A program made the translations under genes and the position numbers. This document shows, in pieces, positions 21,429 to 30,660 of a DNA stretch of 32,000 bases (position 1 is the first letter of the stretch; the number at the start of each line of letters is the position of its first letter). The notes below the pieces were generated by a model, which saw only the letters and a program-made list of their open reading frames with translations, did no database searches and was not told where the DNA came from. Location of the stretch: assembly GCF_001457615.1 (NCBI RefSeq), contig NZ_LN831024.1:4380001-4412000 (forward strand), written 5' to 3'. Origin of the DNA: Pseudomonas aeruginosa (lineage in GTDB: Bacteria; Pseudomonadota; Gammaproteobacteria; Pseudomonadales; Pseudomonadaceae).

Positions 21429-21558
21429 TGGAACTCTCCTCGTGGATCGGTTGTAACCGACAAATAGGGAGTAAAGACCCCAGCCGAAAAAAGCGCCAGC
21501 ACTAGGCCATGCAGGCGCTTCAGGCTAGTCTTGGCGAATCCCAGGAGAGTGTTTTCCC

Positions 21559-22056
21559 ATGAGCGAACCGATTTCTCCCCGCACCCCGCAGCAGGCCCTG
21601 GCCGCGTTGCTCGCCCGCTACGCGCCGAAGCGCTTGCTGCTGGTCGGCGCCAGCCGGCTGCCGGCGGTGGAGGCCTTCATCCACAACCATCCCCAGTGCC
21701 AACTGGCGCACAGCCCGGCGGCGGCATTGCCCGCCGAACTGGCCGGCCAGCGCTTCGACCTGGCGCTGTTCGTCGATTGCCTGGAACACCTGCCGCAGCG
21801 CACCAGTCTGCAGTTGCTCGCGGGCGTGCGCAACCTGAACGCCAGCCGGGTCGCCGTACTGGTCGACCTCGAGGCCAGCGACTGGCAGGAAACCGACTTC
21901 TTCGCCCTCGCCATGCAGAACAGCGAACGCTTCCAGCGCGAAGGCCAGACGCTGACCCTGTACACCTACGACCTGTACGAGTACAAGCAGGTCCCCGATT
22001 GGCTGAACGCCAAGTTCTGGGCCAACCCGGAAAACTTCGGCAAGTACTGGTGGTAA
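21559..22056 (+). CDS. Hypothetical protein, class-I SAM-methyltransferase-like fold
   Basis: 165 aa. LLLVGAS...[14 protein letters not shown] resembles MTase motifs I and II, but the glycine motif is degenerate. The stop lies 2 nt before the ychJ ATG. Confidence 0.6.
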   Translation: MSEPISPRTPQQALAALLARYAPKRLLLVGASRLPAVEAFIHNHPQCQLAHSPAAALPAELAGQRFDLALFVDCLEHLPQRTSLQLLAGVRNLNASRVAVLVDLEASDWQETDFFALAMQNSERFQREGQTLTLYTYDLYEYKQVPDWLNAKFWANPENFGKYWW

Positions 22057-22058
22057 CC

Positions 22059-22532
22059 ATGACCCAACCCACCTGCCCCTGCGGCAGCGGCGACCCGCTC
22101 GACGATTGCTGCGGCCGCTATCACCAGGGACATCCCGCGCCCACCGCGGAAGCCCTGATGCGCTCGCGCTACAGCGCCTATGCTCTCGGACTGGTGGACT
22201 ACCTGCGCGACACCACGCTGCCGGCGCAACAGGCCGGCCTCGATCTCGACGGCATCCGCGCCTGGAGCCACGGCAGCACCTGGCTCGGTCTGGAGGTGGA
22301 AAACCACGAGGTGCTCGGCGGCCAGCCGGAGCATGCGCGAGTCACCTTCGTCGCGCGCTGGCACGACGCCGACGGGGAACATGCCCATCGCGAATGTTCC
22401 GGCTTCGTCCAGCGCAACGGTCGCTGGTACTTCCTCGATCCGACCGTGGCCCTGAAACTCGGCCGCAACGATCCCTGCCCCTGCGGCGCCGGCGGCAAGC
22501 TGAAGAAATGCTGCGGTCCGTGGATCACCTGA
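22059..22532 (+). CDS. ychJ: YchJ-family protein (UPF0225) with SEC-C motifs at both ends
   Basis: 157 aa. N-terminal CPCGSG...CCG. Central NTF2-like segment ([16 protein letters not shown]). C-terminal [19 protein letters not shown]. Confidence 0.88.
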   Translation: MTQPTCPCGSGDPLDDCCGRYHQGHPAPTAEALMRSRYSAYALGLVDYLRDTTLPAQQAGLDLDGIRAWSHGSTWLGLEVENHEVLGGQPEHARVTFVARWHDADGEHAHRECSGFVQRNGRWYFLDPTVALKLGRNDPCPCGAGGKLKKCCGPWIT

Positions 22533-22849
22533 TGCATTCGCTCGCCAGCTATATCCGCGCCATCCATGCCCTGCCCTCGCCGGTCTCGATAAGCGATGCG
22601 CAGGTCGAAGAGCAACAGCGCTGCGAGGACGGCGTCGAGATCCACAGCTGCGAAGCGCTCTACCGTTTCGACAACGGCGTGCGCCTGCGCCAGCACTGCG
22701 AGCGCGACCTCCTGCCGAGCAGCGGGGCCTGCGAGGAATGCTGGATCGGCTACGAAGTGCTGGATTCCGCCGGGCAGGAAATCAGCCCACGCTACAAGCA
22801 CTTCGTCAACGCCTGCCAGGAACGCTTCTGGTTGCGCATGCACGCCTGA
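22532..22849 (+). CDS. Cys/His-rich hypothetical protein (105 aa)
   Basis: The ATG overlaps the ychJ stop (TGATG). GC3-biased codons. Six Cys residues, in QRCEDGVEIHSCE, QHCERD, GACEECW and NACQERF. I recognise no family. Confidence 0.6.
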   Translation: MHSLASYIRAIHALPSPVSISDAQVEEQQRCEDGVEIHSCEALYRFDNGVRLRQHCERDLLPSSGACEECWIGYEVLDSAGQEISPRYKHFVNACQERFWLRMHA

Positions 22850-22931
22850 GATGCTGCGCCAGGCTGCGCGGTTTGGGCGTTGACGAGCGCTCGGGTAGAA
22901 TGCGCAGCCTTTTCATCCGGGCCCCATCCCC

Positions 22932-23552
22932 ATGCTGCTGACCGTGCTCTACATCATCGCCATCACCGCCGAAGCCATGACCGGTGCGCTGTCGGCCGGC
23001 CGGCGCAGCATGGACCTGTTCGGCGTGGTGCTGATCGCCTGCGTCACCGCCCTGGGCGGCGGCTCGGTACGCGACATGCTGCTGGGCCATTACCCGCTGA
23101 CCTGGGTCCGTCACCCGGAATACCTGGCGCTGACCGCAGTCGCCGCGCTGGTGACAGTGTTCATCGCGCCGCTGATGCGCCACCTGCGCTCGCTGTTCCT
23201 GGTACTCGACGCGGTTGGCCTGGTGGCCTTCACCCTGATCGGCTGCCAGGTCAGCCTGGAAATGGGCCACAGCCTGCTGATCGCGGCGATCAGCGGGGTG
23301 ATCACCGGGGTGTTCGGCGGCATTCTCCGCGACATCCTGTGCAACGACGTACCCTTGATATTCCGCCGCGAACTCTATGCCAGCGTGTCCTTCGCCAGCG
23401 CCTGGTGCTACCTGATCTGCGTGGAGCTGGAACTGCCTTCCGAGCAGGCGATGCTGATCACCCTGTTCAGCGGCTTCCTGTTCCGCCTGCTGGCCATCCG
23501 CTTCCACTGGGAAATGCCCAAGTTCGTCTACCAGGACGATTTCGACCACTGA
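22932..23552 (+). CDS. yicG: UPF0126/TRIC-like membrane protein YicG
   Basis: 206 aa, 7 TM. Duplicated glycine motif (ALGGGSVRDMLLG and GVFGGILRDIL) characteristic of UPF0126. Confidence 0.88.
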   Translation: MLLTVLYIIAITAEAMTGALSAGRRSMDLFGVVLIACVTALGGGSVRDMLLGHYPLTWVRHPEYLALTAVAALVTVFIAPLMRHLRSLFLVLDAVGLVAFTLIGCQVSLEMGHSLLIAAISGVITGVFGGILRDILCNDVPLIFRRELYASVSFASAWCYLICVELELPSEQAMLITLFSGFLFRLLAIRFHWEMPKFVYQDDFDH

Positions 23553-23671
23553 AGCAAGCGCCTGCCCCCTGGCCGACGCGTTCCTCCAACCCCTCGCCTG
23601 TCCCCGATGCCACGGCCTCGCGACGCGGTTATCCGCCCCACGCCCTGGCTTGTCGCAGGCCGCTGCCCGCC

Positions 23672-24231
23672 TCAGTCCTGCAGGCGCAGGTGGCTGGTGT
23701 CCGGAGCCGGAGCCGCTGGCTCGGAGCGTGCCTGGCCCATGTCGCTACCGACCGGGGCGACGCTGAAGCGGCTCAGGTCGAGTTTCGGCGCCTCGGCTTC
23801 GGCCTTGGCGTCCTGTAGGTCGGCGCCTACCGGAGCCAGGCCGAAATCCGGCGCATCGACCTCGGCGAACGCCGCCATGTAGCCGTCCCGCGGCGCTACC
23901 TGCAAGCGTCCGGCGGGCGCGCTGGTACCAGTAGCGGCGCGGGTCTGCGGGCCTCCACGGGAGTCGTCTGCGCAGGCGGCGGCGCCATGACCACCTCCTC
24001 GACCTCCATCTCGGCGACCACGGCGATCGCTCCCGCTCGCTCCAGCACGCTGCGGTATTTTTCCGCGGAGGCGGCATCGAGGTTGTTCTTGATCACCACC
24101 CGGCGGCCGGAGAACAGCAGTTCGATACGCTGCGCGTCGGCCTGGAACAGCTTGGCCAGGTTGGCCTTGACCACCTCGGGACGGGCGCCGGCGACCAACT
24201 GGCCGGAAAAGGCGATTTCAAAGCGGCTCAT
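23672..24231 (-). pseudogene. Hypothetical protein apparently split into two overlapping ORFs (24231..23896 and 23905..23672)
   Basis: The N-terminal ORF (MSRFEIAFSGQLVAGARPEVVKANLAKLFQ..., GGAGAG RBS) stops at 23896. The next frame (-1 relative) is open across the junction and encodes a repeat-bearing C-terminal part (LQVAPRDGYM, FGLAPVGADL, FSVAPVGSDM). One added base would give about 186 aa. Confidence 0.5.
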
Positions 24232-24546
24232 TGGCATCTCTCCGAGTGAAGGGCAGCTCGGCATGGCGGCCCTGGCGTTTCGTCGAGCGATTGTACCCAT
24301 CGACAGCCACGCGTGGAGTGACTGGGTCCGGCAAATCGGCCGGCGGGTCCGTTCAGGTTAGCCGAGCCGGTCACGCCAGCCGACGGGAAGACTTGCACGG
24401 GCGTACGCGCTTCTCCATGCTCCCCCCGACTGCGCTACGGGAAACATATGGACACAGGCCTGTACCTGAAACATCTTTCCTCTATACAACAATAAGTTGC
24501 AGCACAATCACTGCTTGTTAAACTGGGGCGTCTCGGGGGGAATAGC

Positions 24547-25041
24547 ATGAATTACCAGGCGCAAATGATAAGAATTATCAGCCTAATAATGGCGTGGGGA
24601 GTTCTCTCCAATCTCTCGGGCTGCAGCTGGATGACCGGCAGCTTCGAAGACCCCGACGTCAAGCTGCTGAAGGTGGAAGTGGTCAAGGCACGCTTGCTGG
24701 AACAGGAGTTCGTGATGCGCTTCCGCATCGACAACCCCAACGATTTCAGCCTGCCGGTACGCGGCCTGCAGTACGCCGTGCAACTGAACGACATCCAGCT
24801 CGCAGAAGGCGAGTCCGGCCAGTGGTTCACGGTTCCCGCCCACGGCCACGAGGTATTCGACGTGCCGGTGCGAACCAATCTCTGGCGCCACATGAAATAC
24901 ATCGTCAAGCTCCTCGAGCGTCCCGAGGAGCCGATCCGCTACCGCCTGCAAGGCGAAGTGAAGACCGGACTGATGTTCGGCCGCAGCGTGCACCTGAGAC
25001 GAAATGGCGAGATAATTCCCGGCGATTTCATCCCAGAATAG
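24547..25041 (+). CDS. LEA_2 (late-embryogenesis-abundant type 2 / water-stress, NDR1-HIN1-like) lipoprotein
   Basis: 164 aa. Lipobox LSNLSGC. The body ([53 protein letters not shown]) matches the LEA14-like beta-sandwich pattern. Confidence 0.8.
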   Translation: MNYQAQMIRIISLIMAWGVLSNLSGCSWMTGSFEDPDVKLLKVEVVKARLLEQEFVMRFRIDNPNDFSLPVRGLQYAVQLNDIQLAEGESGQWFTVPAHGHEVFDVPVRTNLWRHMKYIVKLLERPEEPIRYRLQGEVKTGLMFGRSVHLRRNGEIIPGDFIPE

Positions 25042-25048
25042 GTCCACC

Positions 25049-25249
25049 ATGAGTCAGGAACCCCACGTACACGGCCCGAACTGCAACCACGACCACGATC
25101 ATCATCACGATCATGGCCATGGTCATGTCCATGGTCCGCACTGCAACCACAGCCACGAGCCGGTGCGCAATCCGCTCAAGGCCGTAGGCCGCAACGATCC
25201 CTGCCCCTGCGGCAGCGAGAAGAAATTCAAGAAGTGCCACGGCGCCTGA
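25049..25249 (+). CDS. His-rich small protein with C-terminal SEC-C metal-binding motif
   Basis: 66 aa: [38 protein letters not shown]...[20 protein letters not shown]. It starts 7 nt after the LEA_2 stop. Confidence 0.8.
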   Translation: MSQEPHVHGPNCNHDHDHHHDHGHGHVHGPHCNHSHEPVRNPLKAVGRNDPCPCGSEKKFKKCHGA

Positions 25250-25415
25250 CCCTTCGCACGCGCCGGCATCCGAAGGCCCGCTGAGCAGCGGGCCTTTTCG
25301 TTGGCGCGCCACCAGCCTCGCCGGGGCGTCATGCGCGACAGCGGTTTGCATCGAACCTAGGTTCCTGGCGTAGAGTCTTCCGTTCGTAGCCCATCGACGA
25401 GCCGGAGACGCACCG

Positions 25416-26057
25416 ATGATCGACCTGTACTACTGGACCACCCCGAACGGCCACAAGATTACTCTTTTCCTGGAAGAAACCGGCCTGCCCTACGCCATCC
25501 ATCCGATCAATATCAGCCAGGGCGACCAGTTCCAGGCGGATTTCCTGAAGGTGTCGCCGAACAACAAGATTCCCGCCATCGTCGATCGCCAACCAGCCGA
25601 CGGCGGCGCTCCCCTGTCGCTGTTCGAGTCCGGCGCCATCCTGCTCTATCTCGCGGAAAAGACCGGACGGTTCCTCGCCAAGGACCTGCGCGCGCGCCAG
25701 GAAACCCTGCAGTGGCTGTTCTGGCAGATGGGCGGGCTGGGGCCGATGGCCGGGCAGAACCACCATTTCAACCGCTTCGCCCCGGAGAAGATTCCCTACG
25801 CTATCGACCGTTACGTCAAGGAAACCGCGCGCCTGTACGGCGTTCTCGACCAGCGCCTGGCGGACCGCGCCTTCGTCGCCGGCGACGACTACAGCATCGC
25901 CGACATGGCCATCTATCCGTGGATCGTCCCACATCAGTGGCAGGAGCAGGATCTCGCCGACTTCCCACACCTGCAGCGCTGGTTCGAGAGCATTCGCCAG
26001 CGTCCGGCGACGCAACGCGCCTATGCTTTGGTGGAGCGCATCAATCCGCCGCAGTAG
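25416..26057 (+). CDS. yfcG: Nu-class glutathione S-transferase / GSH-dependent disulfide reductase (YfcG-like)
   Basis: 213 aa. MIDLYYWTTPNGHKITLFLEE...SPNNKIPAIVD...PLSLFESGAILLYLAEKTG...LQWLFWQMGGLGPM.GQNHHF is near-colinear with E. coli YfcG as I recall it. Confidence 0.88.
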   Translation: MIDLYYWTTPNGHKITLFLEETGLPYAIHPINISQGDQFQADFLKVSPNNKIPAIVDRQPADGGAPLSLFESGAILLYLAEKTGRFLAKDLRARQETLQWLFWQMGGLGPMAGQNHHFNRFAPEKIPYAIDRYVKETARLYGVLDQRLADRAFVAGDDYSIADMAIYPWIVPHQWQEQDLADFPHLQRWFESIRQRPATQRAYALVERINPPQ

Positions 26058-26179
26058 CGGGTCCCGAGCCGGCCTGCGGACGTCCTCGCGGACGATCGCA
26101 GGCGGAGCTTGCGCAGCCCTGCGCTCCTCACTAACGTAGCGCCTCTCGACGCGACCACTCCCGCAGGAGCCCCCACCCC

Positions 26180-28723
26180 ATGGCCTCGCCAGCCTTCATG
26201 CGTTTTCTTCCCCGTTGCGGCGCCGCCGCGGCCTTCGGCACCCTCCTGGGCCTGGCCGGTTGCCAGTCCTGGCTCGACGATCGCTACGCCGACAGCCTGC
26301 CGCCGACCTCCGGCGTACAACCGATCAAGGGCCTGGCGCAAAACGTATCGATCCGGCGCAACGCGCTGGGCATGCCACTGATCGAAACCGGCACCTTCCA
26401 TGACGCGCTGTTCGCCCTGGGCTACGTACACGCCTCCGACCGCCTGAGCCAGATGGTCAGCCTGCGCCTGCTGGCCCAGGGACGGCTGGCCGAGATGGTC
26501 GGCCCCGGCGCGCTGGAGATCGACCGTTTCATGCGTACCGTGAACCTGCGCCAGGCTGCGGAGATCCAGTACAGGAACGCCTCGCCGCGCCTGCAACGCT
26601 TCTTCGAGGTCTACGCGCGCGGGGTCAACGCCTACCTGTATCGCTATCGCGACAAGCTGCCGATGGACCTGGCCCAGTCCGGCTACCGTCCGGAATACTG
26701 GAAGCCCGAGGACTCGGCGCTGGTCTTCGCCCTGCTCAACTTCGGCCTGGCGGTGAACCTGCAGGAAGAAATCGCCTCGCTGACGCTCGCGCAGAAGGTC
26801 GGCAGCGACAAGCTGGCCTGGCTGACGCCGACCTATCCCGACGAAAACCTGCCGTTCGACGAGGCGGAAAAGCTCAAGGGCCTGCGCCTGGACGGGCAGG
26901 TTCCCGGCCTCGCGGGCGTCGAGGGCGCGGCGCGGCAGGTCGCAGCGCTGAGCATGCTCGGGGTCGCCGCCTCGAACAACTGGGCTATCGCGCCGCAACG
27001 CAGCCGCAGCGGCAAGAGCCTGATGGCCAACGACACCCACCTGCCGCTGAGCATGCCGTCGGTGTGGAACTACGTGCAGATCCGCTCGCCCAAGTACCAG
27101 GCCGCGGGCGTTTCCATTGCCGGTCTGCCGGGCGTGGTGGCGGGCTTCAACGGCAAGCTGGCCTGGGGCATGACCATGGTCCTGGGCGACAATCAGGATC
27201 TCTACCTGGAACAGTTGCGACGCCAGGGCAACCGGCTCTATTACCTGGCCGACGGCAAGTGGCAGCCAACCCGCGAACGCCAGGAAACCTTCTTCATCAA
27301 GGGCCAGCGGCCGATCCGCGAGGTCATCCACGAAACCCGCCATGGCCCGCTGCTCAACAGCGCCCTGGGCGAGCGCAAGAACATCCTCCAGCCGCTGCCG
27401 CTGAAGAGCGGCTACGGACTGGCCTACCGGAGCATCCAGCAGGAAGCCGACAAGACCCTGGACGGCTTCTTCGACCTGTCGCGGGCGAAGACCATCGAGC
27501 AGGCCTTCGACGCCACCCGCGAGATTCGCGCGATGCCGCTGAACATCGTGTTCGCCGACGAAAAGCACATCGGCTGGCAGGTCACCGGACGCTATCCGAA
27601 CCGCAAGGAAGGTCGTGGCCTGCTGCCCTCCCCTGGCTGGGACGGCCGCTACGACTGGGATGGCTATGCCGACCCGATCCTCCACCCGTCCGACCAGGAC
27701 CCGCAGCAGGGCTGGCTGGGTACCGCCAACCACCGCACCGTGCAGCCCGGCTACGGCGCCCAGTTGTCCAACTCCTGGTACTACCCGGAGCGCGCCGAGC
27801 GCATCGCCCAGCTCGCCGGTGCCAGCAAGAGCCACGACACCCAGAGCATGATCCGCATGCAGTACGACCAGACCTCGCTGTTCGTCGCCAAGCTGCAAGC
27901 CATGTTCGACAATCCCGGCATGTCGCTGCCGCTGCGCCAGGCCATCGACGCCTTGCCGGAGGCGCAACGCAGCCGGGCGCGGGAGGCCTACGACCGGCTT
28001 ATGGCATTCGACGGCAAGCTGACAGCCAGCTCCAGCGACGCCGCGCTGTACGGCGCCTTCCTCCACGAGAGCGCCAGGCAGATATTCCTCGACGAGCTAG
28101 GACCGGAGGACGGCCCTGCCTGGAAAGCCTTCGTCGAGACCGCCAACCTCTCCTACTCGGCGCAAGCCGACCACCTGCTCGGGCGCGACGACAGTCCGTT
28201 CTGGGACGATACCCGCACTCCGCAGAAGGAGGACAAGCCGGCAATCCTCGCGCGCAGCCTCGCCGCCGCCGTGGAGTTCTGCGAACAGCGACTGGGGAGC
28301 GAGCGCAAGGCCTGGCAATGGGGCAAGCTGCACACCTACGAATGGCAGAGCGACAGCTCGAAAATGGCCCCCTACCTGGGCGCCGGCGAGCGCGCCGGAC
28401 TCGGCGCGATCAAGGGCTATCTCGATCGCGGGCCCTATCCGGCCGGCGGCGACCACACCACGCTGGACGTATCGGCCTACGGCTGGGGCCAGGACTTCGA
28501 CACTTGGCTGATCCCGGCGATGCGGCTGATCGTCGACTTCGGCCAGAGCGAACCGATGATCGGCGTGAACAGCAGCGGCCAATCCGGCAATCCGGCCAGC
28601 CCGCACTACGCCGACGGTATCGACGCCTGGCTCAAGGGGCGCTACGTCAGCTTCCCGTTCCAGCCACAGAACCTCGAGCGCGTTTACGGCAACAAGCGGC
28701 TGACGCTCACTCCCGCTCGCTGA
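26180..28723 (+). CDS. quiP: Ntn-hydrolase acyl-homoserine-lactone acylase (penicillin-acylase family), lipoprotein
   Basis: 847 aa. Lipobox LLGLAGC. Penicillin-acylase family layout with the beta-subunit nucleophile motif [10 protein letters not shown]. The length and genomic context match P. aeruginosa QuiP. Confidence 0.9.
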   Translation: MASPAFMRFLPRCGAAAAFGTLLGLAGCQSWLDDRYADSLPPTSGVQPIKGLAQNVSIRRNALGMPLIETGTFHDALFALGYVHASDRLSQMVSLRLLAQGRLAEMVGPGALEIDRFMRTVNLRQAAEIQYRNASPRLQRFFEVYARGVNAYLYRYRDKLPMDLAQSGYRPEYWKPEDSALVFALLNFGLAVNLQEEIASLTLAQKVGSDKLAWLTPTYPDENLPFDEAEKLKGLRLDGQVPGLAGVEGAARQVAALSMLGVAASNNWAIAPQRSRSGKSLMANDTHLPLSMPSVWNYVQIRSPKYQAAGVSIAGLPGVVAGFNGKLAWGMTMVLGDNQDLYLEQLRRQGNRLYYLADGKWQPTRERQETFFIKGQRPIREVIHETRHGPLLNSALGERKNILQPLPLKSGYGLAYRSIQQEADKTLDGFFDLSRAKTIEQAFDATREIRAMPLNIVFADEKHIGWQVTGRYPNRKEGRGLLPSPGWDGRYDWDGYADPILHPSDQDPQQGWLGTANHRTVQPGYGAQLSNSWYYPERAERIAQLAGASKSHDTQSMIRMQYDQTSLFVAKLQAMFDNPGMSLPLRQAIDALPEAQRSRAREAYDRLMAFDGKLTASSSDAALYGAFLHESARQIFLDELGPEDGPAWKAFVETANLSYSAQADHLLGRDDSPFWDDTRTPQKEDKPAILARSLAAAVEFCEQRLGSERKAWQWGKLHTYEWQSDSSKMAPYLGAGERAGLGAIKGYLDRGPYPAGGDHTTLDVSAYGWGQDFDTWLIPAMRLIVDFGQSEPMIGVNSSGQSGNPASPHYADGIDAWLKGRYVSFPFQPQNLERVYGNKRLTLTPAR

Positions 28724-28790
28724 ACGGACCGCGCGGAACTTTCCTCCGCGCCGTGGCTCTGAACAGCCGACTTACTCCATGATCATCTTC

Positions 28791-28820
28791 AGGGCGTCCT
28801 TCCGGACGCCCTTCTTTTAT
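28791..28820 (+). terminator. Rho-independent terminator after quiP
   Basis: AGGGCGUCC-UUCC-GGACGCCCU followed by UCUUUUAU: a perfect 9-bp stem, 4-nt loop and U-rich tail. It starts 68 nt after the stop. Confidence 0.7.
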
Positions 28821-28877
28821 CCCCCTCCCGGAAAGCCTCCGTTTTCTCGAAAGCCCGGGCACGGGATCGAACCGATC

Positions 28878-30353
28878 TCACTCCTCTCCGGCCTCTTCCA
28901 CGGGCGCCACCAGCGCCCGGTCCAGCCAGTCCGTCGGCAGGCTCTTGCTGGCGCGGGCACCGAGCAGCTTGAGTTGCTCGCTGCGACTGATCAGGTTGCC
29001 ACGTCCCTCGGTGAGCTTGTTGCGCGCCGCGGCATAGGCCTTGTCCAGTTGCTGCAGGCGCGAACCGACCTCATCGAGGTCCTGAACGAAGAGCACGAAC
29101 TTGTCATACAGCGAACCGGCACGTTCGGCGATTTCCCGCGCATTCTGGTTCTGCCGCTCCTGGCGCCAGAGGCTGTCGATTACCCGCAGGGTGGCCAGCA
29201 GGGTGGTCGGGCTGACGATCACGATATTCTGCGCGAAGGCGTCCTGGAACAGGTTCGGCTCGGCCTGCAGGGCCGTCGAGAAAGCCGCCTCGATCGGCAT
29301 GAACAGCAGGACGAAGTCGAGGCTGTGCAATCCTTCCAGGCGTCGATAGTCCTTGCCGGAGAGGCCTTTCACATGGTTGCGCAACGACGTTACGTGCTGC
29401 TTCAGCGCCTGCTGGCGCAGCAGATCGTCGTCAGCGGCGATGTACTGCTGGTAGGCCGTGAGACTGACCTTGGCATCCACCACCACCTGCTTGTCGCCGG
29501 GCAGGCGGATCAGCACGTCCGGCTGGAAGCGTTCGCCCTCGGCACCCTTCAGGCTGACCTGGGTCTCGTATTCCCGGCCTTTTTCCAGGCCTGCATGCTC
29601 GAGCACCCGCTCCAGCACCAGTTCGCCCCAGTTGCCCTGGGTCTTCTGGCCCTTGAGCGCGCGGGTCAGGTTGGTCGCTTCCTCGCCCAGGCGCAGGTTG
29701 AGCTGCTGCAGACGCTCCAGTTCCTTGCTCAGGGAGAAACGCTCGCGCGCTTCCTGCTGGTAGCTTTCCTCCACCCGCTTCTCGAACGCCTGGATGCGCT
29801 CCTTCAGTGGATCGAGCATCTGCCCCAGGCGCTGCTGGCTGGTCTCGGCGAAACGCTGTTCACGCTCGTCGAAGATCTTTCCCGCCAGTTCGGCGAACTG
29901 TGCCCGCAACTCGTCGCGGGCCGACTGCAGGTCGGTCAGGCGCTGCTGGTGGCTTTCCTGCTGCTCGCGAAGTTCCGCAGCCAGCGCAGCCCGTTCGGAA
30001 GCCAGGCGACGCACTTCCTCTTCCCGGCCCTGGCGCTCGCTGGCCCAACGTGCCTCCGCCTGGGACGCCCGTTGCCGCTCCTCCCCCATCAACTCGGCTT
30101 CCCGACGCAGCGCGGCGACCTCGCCGGAGAGCCTGGCATGGCGCTCGCCGAGTTGCTGGTAAGCCTCCCTACTGGTCTCCAACTGCGCATTCAGCCCGTC
30201 CTGGGCCAGTTGCGCGGTCGCCAGTCGCTCGCCGAGCAACGCCATCTCGCGCTCCGCCAGGCTGGCCCTTCTCTGTAGCTGCCATGCCAGGCCGGCCAGG
30301 GGAATCGCGGCAGCCAGCAGGCCAAGCAACAGGTTCGGTAGATCGACGGGCAT
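28878..30353 (-). CDS. rmuC: DNA recombination protein RmuC (N-terminal TM anchor, coiled coil, C-terminal nuclease-like domain)
   Basis: 491 aa from the internal ATG at 30353. Long Glu/Arg/Gln-rich coiled coil followed by the RmuC core (GNWGELVLERVLE...PDVLIRLPGDKQVVVDAKVSL...DFVLLFMPIEAAF). Confidence 0.9.
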   Translation of the reverse strand: MPVDLPNLLLGLLAAAIPLAGLAWQLQRRASLAEREMALLGERLATAQLAQDGLNAQLETSREAYQQLGERHARLSGEVAALRREAELMGEERQRASQAEARWASERQGREEEVRRLASERAALAAELREQQESHQQRLTDLQSARDELRAQFAELAGKIFDEREQRFAETSQQRLGQMLDPLKERIQAFEKRVEESYQQEARERFSLSKELERLQQLNLRLGEEATNLTRALKGQKTQGNWGELVLERVLEHAGLEKGREYETQVSLKGAEGERFQPDVLIRLPGDKQVVVDAKVSLTAYQQYIAADDDLLRQQALKQHVTSLRNHVKGLSGKDYRRLEGLHSLDFVLLFMPIEAAFSTALQAEPNLFQDAFAQNIVIVSPTTLLATLRVIDSLWRQERQNQNAREIAERAGSLYDKFVLFVQDLDEVGSRLQQLDKAYAAARNKLTEGRGNLISRSEQLKLLGARASKSLPTDWLDRALVAPVEEAGEE

Positions 30354-30639
30354 GGGGCACTCCAGCGGAAAACGACGCAACACCCGCCTGGCAGGCGCGC
30401 GTGCAGCGGATTCTAGGTTCTTGGGAAAAGACCGTCGAGCGAATAGCGCCGCGCCGAACGAGCACTCCGCTTCCGAGCTGTGCGTACCCCATGCGCAGGA
30501 CACTTCAGATACTTCCATAACGGAAGCCATCGCCCTGCGCCCTTCGCCGCCGGGACATTTCTGCTTCCACGGCATTTTTGTCGCGGCTACAGGGCTTGCC
30601 TTGGAGCGTGCGATGTGCTGTCGAGCAAGTGCTTGGGAA

Positions 30640-30660
30640 ATCCACAGATCCTGTGGATAA
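30640..30660. promoter_or_regulatory. Perfect DnaA-box 9-mer (TGTGGATAA = TTATCCACA) embedded in an 8-3-8 perfect palindrome
   Basis: ATCCACAG-ATC-CTGTGGAT at 30640..30658, and the 9-mer at 30652..30660. The left arm gives an imperfect box, AAATCCACA. The sequence observation is certain; function is unknown. Confidence 0.4.

Noticed and set aside
26058-26179. Nested GC-rich inverted repeats (GCCTGCG...CGCAGGC enclosing CGTCC-TCGC-GGACG) after the GST gene, considered as a REP-like element or terminator.
   Set aside because: There is no U-tract, and I could not find further copies in the window to support a repeat family. It is possibly a simple mRNA 3' stabiliser, which I cannot test here.
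26021-28066. A 681-aa ORF on the - strand.
   Set aside because: It is antisense to quiP, which has unmistakable penicillin-acylase homology. The composition is the usual GC-driven stop-free artefact.
28855-28877. A minus-strand GGTTCGATCCC resembling a tRNA T-arm/T-loop. This could be a tRNA 3' fragment or att-site remnant.
   Set aside because: The flanking bases form only a 3-bp T-stem. There is no acceptor stem or CCA-proximal sequence, and no integrase or island nearby. It is probably chance.
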